A DNA stretch of 21,817 bases from a candidate division WOR-3 bacterium (GTDB taxonomy: Bacteria > Hydrothermota > Hydrothermia > LBFQ01). The stretch lies in assembly GCA_027050205.1 (NCBI GenBank), contig JALUCS010000001.1, forward strand, positions 1 to 21,817, read 5' to 3'. A program made the position numbers and the translations under genes. A model generated the notes under the pieces. It made no database searches. It had not been told where the DNA came from and saw nothing but the letters and a program-made list of their open reading frames with translations. Positions 8,532 to 16,342 of this stretch are shown in pieces (position 1 is the first letter of the stretch; each line of letters begins with the position of its first letter).

Positions 8532-9848
8532 TCACTTCACCTCCCGGAACTCCCCCCTTATCATAGGGTTCCCGCTCTGCATCCTGGCGTACTTCTCAAC
8601 GTCCACTTTGGGCTTAACCCTTGGGGGAACCCGCAGAGAGAAGGGCCTCATGGCCGGCCTCTTGTCCTCTATGGACTTTGGTATCAGGGAGGGAAGGACC
8701 TTCTCCGAGAGGTCCATTATCTGGACGAGGGGGCTGCGGATGAGGACCATCAGGGCCGGGACCCTCGTGGATACGACGGAGAAGAGCTTCACCGGGCGGA
8801 AGGAAACGTCCCCCACACCGTCCCTGTTCAGGTCGTACCCCTTATAGGTACTCCAGTAGTTCCCGCTGATGTCGTTGAAGCTGGAGAAGTTGTTCGTGGT
8901 GAGGTCAAAGGTGTTCCCGATGATGTTGTTGTGGGTTATGACGTTGTCCGTGGAGTTGGCCCACAGGCGGATGGCTATGCCGTTCTCCTCTAAGATGTTG
9001 TCATATATTTTGTTCCTCACGGAACCCTCAAGGTAGAAGCCGTAGGTGTTGCGGTATAGGTAGTTCCCGTAAAGTTCGCTATCGTATATCTCCTTGAGGA
9101 GGAAGCCGAAGGTCGCCCCTCCCCAGTGATGCTCAAACCGGTTGTACCGCACTACCATATGTTTGGAGTACATGACGGCCGCCCCCACACCGTTATCCAC
9201 GAAGGTGTTGTACTCAAAGGTGTCCCTCTCCGAGAACATGAAGTGCATCGCATAACGCACGTTTTTGGTTGAGTAGTTGTGGCGAAACATGGAGTTGGTG
9301 ACGAACTCAAGGTATATCCCGTCCCTGTGGCCCTGAAGGTGGTTGTTCTCCACCAACATACTATCGCAGTTCCACATATGGATGGCGTTCCCGGTGGTCG
9401 TCTCCACCTTCGCGAACCCCACGACGACGTTGTCCCTTACCACCCCCCTCTTGGACTTCTCGTAGTATATCGCCCAGAAGTTGTCCCAGAATTCGCTGTC
9501 CTCCACCCTGCAGCCGTCGCACCGTGTTATCTTGACGGCCGCGATGTCCCTGTTCATACTCCACCCGCTGTTCTTGAAGACGAAACCCCTGATAAGTACG
9601 CTGTCGGCATCAACTACGTGAAACATCTGGTACTTGTACTCGCCGTCAATTACGGGTTTCCCGATTCCTATGAGGGATATGCGGCTCTTATTGATTACGA
9701 TCTCACCTTCACGGTAGGTTCCAGATTTTACGAAGATGGTATCCCCAGGTTCCGCATCCTCCAGAGCTGACTTTATGCTCTTGTAAGTGCAACCCCCATC
9801 GCAGACGCTGACGCTTGTAGCAAACAGGAATAAAGCGGGCACAGACAT
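8532..9848 (-). CDS. nosD: Nitrous oxide reductase maturation protein NosD
   Basis: Parallel beta-helix repeats, GNAIHMW, GHRDGIYLEF, RYAMHFMFS, AAVMYS, GNYWSTYKGYDLNRDGVGD; nos context. Confidence 0.95.
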   Translation of the reverse strand: MSVPALFLFATSVSVCDGGCTYKSIKSALEDAEPGDTIFVKSGTYREGEIVINKSRISLIGIGKPVIDGEYKYQMFHVVDADSVLIRGFVFKNSGWSMNRDIAAVKITRCDGCRVEDSEFWDNFWAIYYEKSKRGVVRDNVVVGFAKVETTTGNAIHMWNCDSMLVENNHLQGHRDGIYLEFVTNSMFRHNYSTKNVRYAMHFMFSERDTFEYNTFVDNGVGAAVMYSKHMVVRYNRFEHHWGGATFGFLLKEIYDSELYGNYLYRNTYGFYLEGSVRNKIYDNILEENGIAIRLWANSTDNVITHNNIIGNTFDLTTNNFSSFNDISGNYWSTYKGYDLNRDGVGDVSFRPVKLFSVVSTRVPALMVLIRSPLVQIMDLSEKVLPSLIPKSIEDKRPAMRPFSLRVPPRVKPKVDVEKYARMQSGNPMIRGEFREVK

Positions 9849-9854
9849 GGTGCA

Positions 9855-10358
9855 TCATTTCATCTGCATCTGGTGGTCGTGTCCCCCCTGCATGGGCATG
9901 GGGTTCTGCTTCCGTACCTGATCCATCACCTGCGCCCAGTTGAGGACCTCGCCCCCGTTCTCCTTTATAAAGGCCTCGGCATCCTCTACGCTCTCAAAGG
10001 CAGCCACGTCGGAGGCCATAGGGCTGTGGATCTTGTCGCTCTGGACGTATATGGCCCTCGTGGCGTCTATGAGCTTACCGGGGTGGGCGTAGTCTACGAC
10101 CAGGAAGAAGGCCACGTCCTTTTCGGTCAGGTTGGGGTCGTTCCAGAAGTGGTTTATCATACAGGCAACGTCGTCGTACTTGTAGACCCGTCCCTTCTTG
10201 GTGACCAGCTCCGCCCCGAAGCGTTTGTCGGTTATGGTCATCTTGCACCAGTAGCAGGCGTCCTTCCCGAACTCTATGGGGACGGGCTTGGGCTTCGGCT
10301 TACAGCCGGTGGTAAGGACGGCGACACCGAGGATAAGGAGCAGGGCGAGCCTCCTCAT
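9855..10358 (-). CDS. nosL: Copper chaperone lipoprotein NosL
   Basis: Lipobox TTGC, DACYWCKMTI, YKYDDVACM, HSPMAS. ATG 10358 has SD AAGGAG; alternative GTG at 10367. Confidence 0.93.
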   Translation of the reverse strand: MRRLALLLILGVAVLTTGCKPKPKPVPIEFGKDACYWCKMTITDKRFGAELVTKKGRVYKYDDVACMINHFWNDPNLTEKDVAFFLVVDYAHPGKLIDATRAIYVQSDKIHSPMASDVAAFESVEDAEAFIKENGGEVLNWAQVMDQVRKQNPMPMQGGHDHQMQMK

Positions 10359-10363
10359 AACCT

Positions 10364-10927
10364 TCACTCCTTTACGTACAGCCAGTCAAGGATGATAACC
10401 AAGAAGACGAGGACACCGGCGATTATGGCGAACCAGCCGCCTATGTCGGGCATGGACCACACGGTGAAGTTCAGGAGGACCTTCTTACCGATGAGGGGAG
10501 GGGTGAAGGGGTCTATCCTCAGGGCGGCGTTGGGGTCCAGGTCGTGTCCGTAGTGATACAGCCACTTGTAGAAGTCGGCCATGGCTATGATGCCGAAGGC
10601 GGCGTAGAGGATGAACCAGGACCAGATGAGCTTGCGGTTGTACCATACAGCGAGGATGATGGCGGTTATGGCGAAGAACCAGAAGACGATGGGCAGGATG
10701 GTGAATTCGGGTATGTGCTTGGGGAGGGGGTGCATCCCAACGTAGTGGTTGAGGTCGTCTATGATCTTCTTCTGCTGGGGGTCTCCCCAACCGTGGGTGA
10801 GGATGATCAGACGCAGGCCCTCCGGGTACTGGGGGGCTATCAGGTCTATGTACCACAGCCGTACGAAGTTGACGGCTGCGAGGAGCAGACCCGATACGAA
10901 CAGGAGGATGCGGTTAAGCGTTTTCAT
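10364..10927 (-). CDS. nosB: NosB-like membrane protein of clade II nos clusters
   Basis: LWYIDLIAPQYPEGL, LNHYVGM, WLYHYGHDLDPNA, PPLIGKKVLLNF; immediately downstream of nosZ. Confidence 0.85.
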   Translation of the reverse strand: MKTLNRILLFVSGLLLAAVNFVRLWYIDLIAPQYPEGLRLIILTHGWGDPQQKKIIDDLNHYVGMHPLPKHIPEFTILPIVFWFFAITAIILAVWYNRKLIWSWFILYAAFGIIAMADFYKWLYHYGHDLDPNAALRIDPFTPPLIGKKVLLNFTVWSMPDIGGWFAIIAGVLVFLVIILDWLYVKE

Positions 10928-10977
10928 GGCTTATCTCCTTCCTAATATTTTCCCCGACAATATCTGTCAGGATTCCT

Positions 10978-11005
10978 AAAAAAGCGGGGGGGCTTCCGCC
11001 CCCCC
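10978..11005 (-). terminator. Rho-independent terminator between nosZ and nosB
   Basis: Minus strand GGGGGGGC-GGAA-GCCCCCCC followed by GCTTTTTT, 14 nt after the nosZ stop. Confidence 0.85.
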
Positions 11006-11019
11006 TTACCTCTGTCGCG

Positions 11020-13020
11020 TTACAGGTCTTTGTCAAGGCCCCACTTGAGAGGCACGTTGGAGCCTTTAGGCGAGACGCGCACGTACCCCTGCATCTCCTG
11101 GTGCAGGGCGGAACAGAAGTCTGTGCAGTAGTACGGATAGACGCCGGGCTCCTTGGGTACCCACCTGATGGTGAGGGTCTGACCGGGCATTATGAGCATG
11201 TTGGGCTCGGGCGCACCGAAGATGGCGAAGCCGTGCGGGATGTCCCAATCCTGCTCTATGTTCGTGACGTGGAAGTAGACGGTGTCGCCCACCTTTATAC
11301 CCTCAATGTTGTCGGGGTTGAAGTGGGACCTGATGGCCGTCATGTAGACGTGGACGACGTTGCCCTTGCGCTCAACGCGGGTCTCGTTCTCGCTCTTGAC
11401 GGCGTAGGGGTGCTGGTTCTCCTCAAGCTTGTAAATCTTGACCACCTTGTCCTTTATGAGGTCGGCGGGGAGAGCCTGGGCGTAGTGAGGCTCACCTATG
11501 GTGGCGAAGTCAAGGAGCATCTCCATCTTCTCACCCGTTATGTCTATGAGCTGGGCGGACTGGTTGAGCTCCGGACCGACGGGCAGGTACCTGTCCTTGG
11601 TTATCTTGTTGAGTGCCACCACGTACTTGCCGAAGGGCTTACGGGAGTCTCCACCGGGTATCATGAGGTGTCCAACGGAGTAGTAGACGGGTATACGGTC
11701 CACGACCTCACACTTCTCTATGTCGGTCTTGATGATCTCGGAGGAGATGAAGCAGGAGGTATAGACGAAGCCCTTGCCGTCAAACTCGTTGTGCAGGGGA
11801 CCTATGCAGGCCTTGGGTACCAGACAGTGGTTCACGGCCTCAAACTTCAGGACCGGGATACCGTCTATGACCTTCTCAACCTCGTTGTTCTCTATGGCCT
11901 TCATCATCTTGGAGAAGGAGTGGATGGGCAGGTCGGCGGAGAGCTTACCACCGGCTATGATGTACTCACCCGTGGGGTCTACGTCCACGCCGTGCGGGGA
12001 CTTGGGCGTAGGCAGGTAGTAGGCCACACCCTCACACTCGGTGGGGAGTATGACCTTGACCTTGTCCCCGACCTTGGAGAAGGCCATGTGCTTCTTGTCG
12101 TCGTAGTAGTTGTGGTAGTACTTGGCGGGGAACTCGTGATACTTACCCTCCTGCAGGCACTGCTCGGCCTTCTTCCAGTTGACGGCGAGGATGTAGTCCT
12201 TGTCGTGCTGGGAGGCGTTCTTCTCAAGCAGGGTGTGGGCCTGCTCGGTGTTGTAGGAGGTGAAGAAGCACCAGCCGTGGCTGGGCCCCTTACCGCAGTG
12301 GCCGAGGTCGTAGTCGTAGCCGGGAACGAGGAGCTGGAAGGCTATGTCCATCTTGTCCTCACCCTCGTAGTTAGGGTCGTTGTTCACCTTGATGAAGGTG
12401 ATGGTTCCCTTGAACTCCTTGGCGTAGTCCTTAATGGGTACGTCCTTGAACTTACCGGTCTGGATGTCTATGGGTACGGAGAAACGGGTACCGGCCGTGA
12501 CGTACTCGGTGTTCATGGTTATGAAGGTGGAGGGGTGGTTACCGGCGCTGTTGGGTATCTCTATGATCTCACGGGTCTCCATTGTGGCCAGATCTATACG
12601 GGCGACACGGGGGGTGTTGTTGGCGTTGATGAAGATCCAGCGGCCGTCCACCTCACCGTTCGTCTGGGAGAGCTCGGGGTGGTGGGTATCGTCCCAAGGT
12701 ATGAAGCCGTGGGACGTCATGAGCATAGCCTTGGTCTCCTCGGTGTAGCCGTAGCCGTTGCGAGGGAATACGGAGAAGACGGGAATTATCTTGAGGAGCC
12801 TACCGGAGGGGAGACCGTAGACCATCAGCTGGCCGTTGAACCCTCCGGAGAAGAAGGCGTAGAACTCATCGTACTCACCCGGTGCCACGTATACCTTCTC
12901 CGCGGCCGAAGAGGCACCGGTCTTTGCCGCGCCCTTCTCCTTGGGCGGACACCCCATAAAGAGGGCGCCCACGCCTATCGCTCCTATCACTCCTGCGAGA
13001 ATCAGGGTACGCCTGTTCAT
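11020..13020 (-). CDS. nosZ: Nitrous oxide reductase, clade II (Sec-type), no C-terminal heme c domain
   Basis: FFSGGFNGQ, CuZ His motifs (WDDTHH, AGNH, KSPHG, GPLH, VGH, GEPH), CuA motif YCTDFCSALHQEM; SD AAGGAGGT. Confidence 0.98.
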   Translation of the reverse strand: MNRRTLILAGVIGAIGVGALFMGCPPKEKGAAKTGASSAAEKVYVAPGEYDEFYAFFSGGFNGQLMVYGLPSGRLLKIIPVFSVFPRNGYGYTEETKAMLMTSHGFIPWDDTHHPELSQTNGEVDGRWIFINANNTPRVARIDLATMETREIIEIPNSAGNHPSTFITMNTEYVTAGTRFSVPIDIQTGKFKDVPIKDYAKEFKGTITFIKVNNDPNYEGEDKMDIAFQLLVPGYDYDLGHCGKGPSHGWCFFTSYNTEQAHTLLEKNASQHDKDYILAVNWKKAEQCLQEGKYHEFPAKYYHNYYDDKKHMAFSKVGDKVKVILPTECEGVAYYLPTPKSPHGVDVDPTGEYIIAGGKLSADLPIHSFSKMMKAIENNEVEKVIDGIPVLKFEAVNHCLVPKACIGPLHNEFDGKGFVYTSCFISSEIIKTDIEKCEVVDRIPVYYSVGHLMIPGGDSRKPFGKYVVALNKITKDRYLPVGPELNQSAQLIDITGEKMEMLLDFATIGEPHYAQALPADLIKDKVVKIYKLEENQHPYAVKSENETRVERKGNVVHVYMTAIRSHFNPDNIEGIKVGDTVYFHVTNIEQDWDIPHGFAIFGAPEPNMLIMPGQTLTIRWVPKEPGVYPYYCTDFCSALHQEMQGYVRVSPKGSNVPLKWGLDKDL

Positions 13021-13032
13021 AAATACCTCCTT

Positions 13033-13545
13033 TTAGTTCTTCTTTTCCTTTGCAGCCTTCCTCAAGAACTCAAGTATGGCCCTCGCCTCGTCCTTGCTCA
13101 CGTTCTGGTTGGTCATGGGTACGCCGTACTCCTCAAGGAGCTTCTGGGCCACCGGGTCCTTGAGGATCATCTCATCCGGGTTCATTATCATGTTCATTAT
13201 CCACTCCGGGGGCCTCTGGTCGGTTACACCACGAAGGGGAGGGCCGACCTTCTTCTTGTCCAGCTCGTGGCAGGCGGTACAGCCCTTCTTGTCAAACAGC
13301 TCCTGCCCCTTCTTGGCCAGGGCCTCGTCTATGGTCTCGGGGAGGTTCAGAGGCTCCTGTATGGGACCGACCCCGAACTCGCTGACCTGCTCGCTCTGGG
13401 CGGTGGCCTGCGTTTGCTCAACCGTGGCCGTCTGCTGGGCCTTCTGCTCCGTGGTGTTGCTTGAACTTTCGGACTTCTTCCCCCCACCGCACCCTACGAC
13501 GAGGAGGATGGGCAGGAGATACATCGGAAGACGCTTCATAACCAT
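13033..13545 (-). CDS. Monoheme cytochrome c lipoprotein, probable NosZ electron donor
   Basis: Lipobox VVGC, low-complexity linker, CTACH heme motif, VGPPL, EWIMNMIMNP, distal Met (VPMTNQ). Confidence 0.92.
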   Translation of the reverse strand: MVMKRLPMYLLPILLVVGCGGGKKSESSSNTTEQKAQQTATVEQTQATAQSEQVSEFGVGPIQEPLNLPETIDEALAKKGQELFDKKGCTACHELDKKKVGPPLRGVTDQRPPEWIMNMIMNPDEMILKDPVAQKLLEEYGVPMTNQNVSKDEARAILEFLRKAAKEKKN

Positions 13546-13751
13546 AGGACGGTATTATACGACGGTATCAATTCCTTGTGGGGGTACGATGATGCAAAAG
13601 GTTTTTCAGGTTTTCCATAAAAAACTGCCATCCGGCGGACAGGCAAGGTGCATATACATAAGTTTTTACACTTAAATGACACATAAACACTGTACGAACG
13701 CCGTTTTGCATAACCTCTTAGTATAAGGACGCGTCCTTAAAATCACGGGCT
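13546..13751. promoter_or_regulatory. Divergent nos promoter region with two -10 boxes and a perfect 16-bp palindrome
   Basis: TATAAT minus strand 13554-13559; TAAAAT plus strand 13738-13743; TAAGGACGCGTCCTTA at 13724-13739. Confidence 0.6.
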
Positions 13752-14207
13752 ATGTTGAAGAGAGTTCTCGGTGTGTTGCTCCTGGGAGCGGTGGTAGTGG
13801 CGGTCTCCGGTTGCAACAGGGGTAAGGAGGAGACGACCTCTATGAACAGAGGGATCACCCTCCCTACGAAGGACAGGGGTCCGTATCCGGAGGAGAAAAT
13901 AACAGTTCCCCGCTACCCCGGAGCCGTTGTTGAGAACTACGAGGAGGTCTTCGCCCCCGGAGGCAAGGACGTGTCCTTCGTCCGGGTCTACCTGAACACC
14001 AAGGACCCGTACGAGAAGGTGCGGGATTTCTACAAGAAGGCCTTCAGGGACAGGTACGGCGAGCCTACGGAGGAAGGGGAAGAGAGAGGTATATACCACG
14101 TTATGAAGGCGAAGGGGAAGGGGTACGCCCCCTACTTCCAGATAGAGGTCACGGACCTCGGAGACTACCGCAGGGTTGTTATAACCCGCGCCGACGAGAA
14201 CAAGTAG
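13752..14207 (+). CDS. Hypothetical lipoprotein
   Basis: MLKR + hydrophobic stretch + VSGC lipobox; VPRYPGA...TKDPYEKVRDFYK pattern. Confidence 0.8.
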   Translation: MLKRVLGVLLLGAVVVAVSGCNRGKEETTSMNRGITLPTKDRGPYPEEKITVPRYPGAVVENYEEVFAPGGKDVSFVRVYLNTKDPYEKVRDFYKKAFRDRYGEPTEEGEERGIYHVMKAKGKGYAPYFQIEVTDLGDYRRVVITRADENK

Positions 14208-14230
14208 GCCCACCGTAGAATAGGCGGAAG

Positions 14231-14956
14231 TTGGAGAGCATAGTCGTAGAGGACCTGCACAAGCGGTTTGGAAAGAATTACGTACTCAAGGGCATAAACC
14301 TGAAGGTCAGGAGCGGTGAGATAACGGCCATCCTCGGTCCCAACGCCTCCGGTAAGACCACCCTCATCAAGTGCATCCTCGGTCTCGTCATCCCCAACAG
14401 GGGGAAGATAACCGTAATGGGGGAGGATGCGCGGAAAGGGGTGGAGTACCGCCGGTTCATAGGCTACATGCCCCAGATAGCCCGCTTCCCCGAAAACCTG
14501 ACCGTCTCCGAACTCCTGAATCTGGTCAAGGACATCCGCTCCCAACCGGCGGACGAGGGGAGGTACCTGGACCTCTTCGGCCTCCACAAGTTCTTGAATA
14601 CGCCCCTTGGCGTCCTCTCCGGTGGCACCCGGCAGAAGGTGAACGCCACCCTGGCCTTTATGTTTGACAACTCCATATACATCTTGGACGAGCCGACGGT
14701 GGGGTTTGACCCGCTGGCCAGCACAAACTTTAAGGACGAGCTTCTCCGCCTGAAGGGGAAGGGTAAGAGCATCGTCTTCACCTCCCACATAATGAGCGAG
14801 GTTGAGGAGCTGGCGGACCGCGTCGTCTTCCTCCTCGGCGGCGTGATACACTTTGACGGAACCCCCTCCCAGTTCAAGGAGCAGACGGGGGAGAGTACGC
14901 TTGAGAGGGCCATAGCCAGACTCATGAAGGAGGCGGGAGTTGAGAACGGCGTTTAA
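14231..14956 (+). CDS. nosF: ABC transporter ATP-binding protein NosF
   Basis: Walker A GPNASGKT, IGYMPQIARFPENLTV, LSGGTRQKV, ILDEPT, TSH; next to nosY. Confidence 0.9.
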   Translation: MESIVVEDLHKRFGKNYVLKGINLKVRSGEITAILGPNASGKTTLIKCILGLVIPNRGKITVMGEDARKGVEYRRFIGYMPQIARFPENLTVSELLNLVKDIRSQPADEGRYLDLFGLHKFLNTPLGVLSGGTRQKVNATLAFMFDNSIYILDEPTVGFDPLASTNFKDELLRLKGKGKSIVFTSHIMSEVEELADRVVFLLGGVIHFDGTPSQFKEQTGESTLERAIARLMKEAGVENGV

Positions 14957-15719
14957 GCTCTTCAAGTACGAGGCATACAACACCGTAAGGAGCCGATTCA
15001 TCATCGGATACTTCCTCTTCTTCCTCCTGCTCACCTCCGCCCTCTCCTACTTCAGCAGCGACGTCTCCAAGGTGATAGTTAGCCTCCTCAACCTTGTGAT
15101 CCTCTTCGTCCCCCTCATATCTCTGGTCTTCTCCTCCCTCTTCTTCTACGGGACGAGGGAGTTTACGGAGCTTATGCTCGTGCAACCCGTAGGCAGGGGT
15201 ACGGTCTTCCTGAGTAAGGTGGCGGGCATCTCCGTCCCCCTAGCCCTCGCCGTTGGGGTAGGTATAGGCCTGCCCCTCTTCTTGTTCGGCGCTCCCGTTG
15301 TCCACGTCATCCTCCTCACCCTCTCGGCCATGTACCTGACCCTCATCTTCTCCGCCATAGCCCTGATGTTCTCCGTGATGTACGACGACCGGGTGAAGGG
15401 GTTGGCCCTCGGCCTGGGCTTCTGGATATACGCCAGCATAATCTACGACGCCCTCATCCTATACATCGGGATGACCTTCTACGACTACCCGATTGAGGGC
15501 CTCATAATCCTCCTCTCCGTCCTCAACCCCGTAGACCTCGCCCGGATACTGATAGTGATGAACCTGGATATAGCCGCCCTGATGGGATACACGGGGGCGC
15601 TCTTTACGAAGTTCGTCTCCTCCCTCAAGGGCTACGTCGTAATAATCACCAGCCTGACCCTCTGGATAGCCATCCCCGTACTGGTGGGGACCCTGCTGTT
15701 CAGGAGGAAGGACTTCTAA
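14940..15719 (+). CDS. nosY: ABC transporter permease NosY
   Basis: REFTELMLVQP, DYPIE, LNPVDLARILI..LDIAALMGYTGALF, terminal RRKDF. Confidence 0.9.
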   Translation: MRTAFKLFKYEAYNTVRSRFIIGYFLFFLLLTSALSYFSSDVSKVIVSLLNLVILFVPLISLVFSSLFFYGTREFTELMLVQPVGRGTVFLSKVAGISVPLALAVGVGIGLPLFLFGAPVVHVILLTLSAMYLTLIFSAIALMFSVMYDDRVKGLALGLGFWIYASIIYDALILYIGMTFYDYPIEGLIILLSVLNPVDLARILIVMNLDIAALMGYTGALFTKFVSSLKGYVVIITSLTLWIAIPVLVGTLLFRRKDF

Positions 15720-15745
15720 CCTAAAACCGCCCGTAAAATTCCCTT

Positions 15746-16342
15746 ATGCTCTGGTTGGTCTCTTTTATGGACGTCTCCTTCGGGGCTGGTTTGCGGGTTC
15801 CCCTTGAGGACTACGCGCACTACGCCGGGTACGGCATGAGCGGGAACGTGGACTTCAGGTACTTCTTCACGGAGAGGTTCGGCATCGGTATAGCAGCAGG
15901 CGGCGCCTACCACTTCCAGAGGAGGTTCGCCGACTCCATAGGGGGGATATGGGCCAAACAAACGACGCAGGTGACGGCTTTCCCCGTATCCCTGAACGTG
16001 GTTATGAGCTTCTACCTCGCCGAAGGGGTGGACCTCCTCGTCTCCCTCGGAGGCGGTGGGAACTACGCCCTCTACAACTACGAGCGGAGGGTGGGGATAT
16101 ACGACAGTACGGCCAGGAAGTGGGACGTACGGGAGGACAAAGGCTCGTACAAGGTGGGGGGCTACATCGTGAACTTTGAGTCGGCTGTGAGAATGACGGA
16201 CTTTGACGTATTTCTGGGGGTGCATCTGATGCAGACGGAACTTAACAGGGTGGATATGCTGACGGGTAAGGGGATGGTGGAGAAGGCTTCTTACCCCGTC
16301 CTCTACGTCGGTGTGAGGCACTTCATCCTCTTCGGCATATGA
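15746..16342 (+). CDS. Probable small outer membrane beta-barrel protein
   Basis: Alternating aromatic/Gly beta strands (VDFRYFFTERFGIGIAAG, FPVSLNV, LGGGGNY, VLYVGVRHF); 198 aa; coupled to the lptD-like gene. Confidence 0.62.
   Translation: MLWLVSFMDVSFGAGLRVPLEDYAHYAGYGMSGNVDFRYFFTERFGIGIAAGGAYHFQRRFADSIGGIWAKQTTQVTAFPVSLNVVMSFYLAEGVDLLVSLGGGGNYALYNYERRVGIYDSTARKWDVREDKGSYKVGGYIVNFESAVRMTDFDVFLGVHLMQTELNRVDMLTGKGMVEKASYPVLYVGVRHFILFGI

Noticed and set aside
11101..13464. 787-aa plus-strand ORF antisense to nosZ and the cytochrome c gene
   Set aside because: Shadow frame produced by strong codon bias of the real genes; V/L/G-rich, no motifs, no plausible initiation signals.
13560..13575. 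TTGATA on the minus strand as a -35 or FNR half-site of the nos promoter
   Set aside because: Only 6 nt from the -10 box and no second half-site.
14165..16321. Minus-strand ORFs of 289 and 201 aa opposite nosF and the beta-barrel gene
   Set aside because: Antisense shadows of well-supported plus-strand genes.
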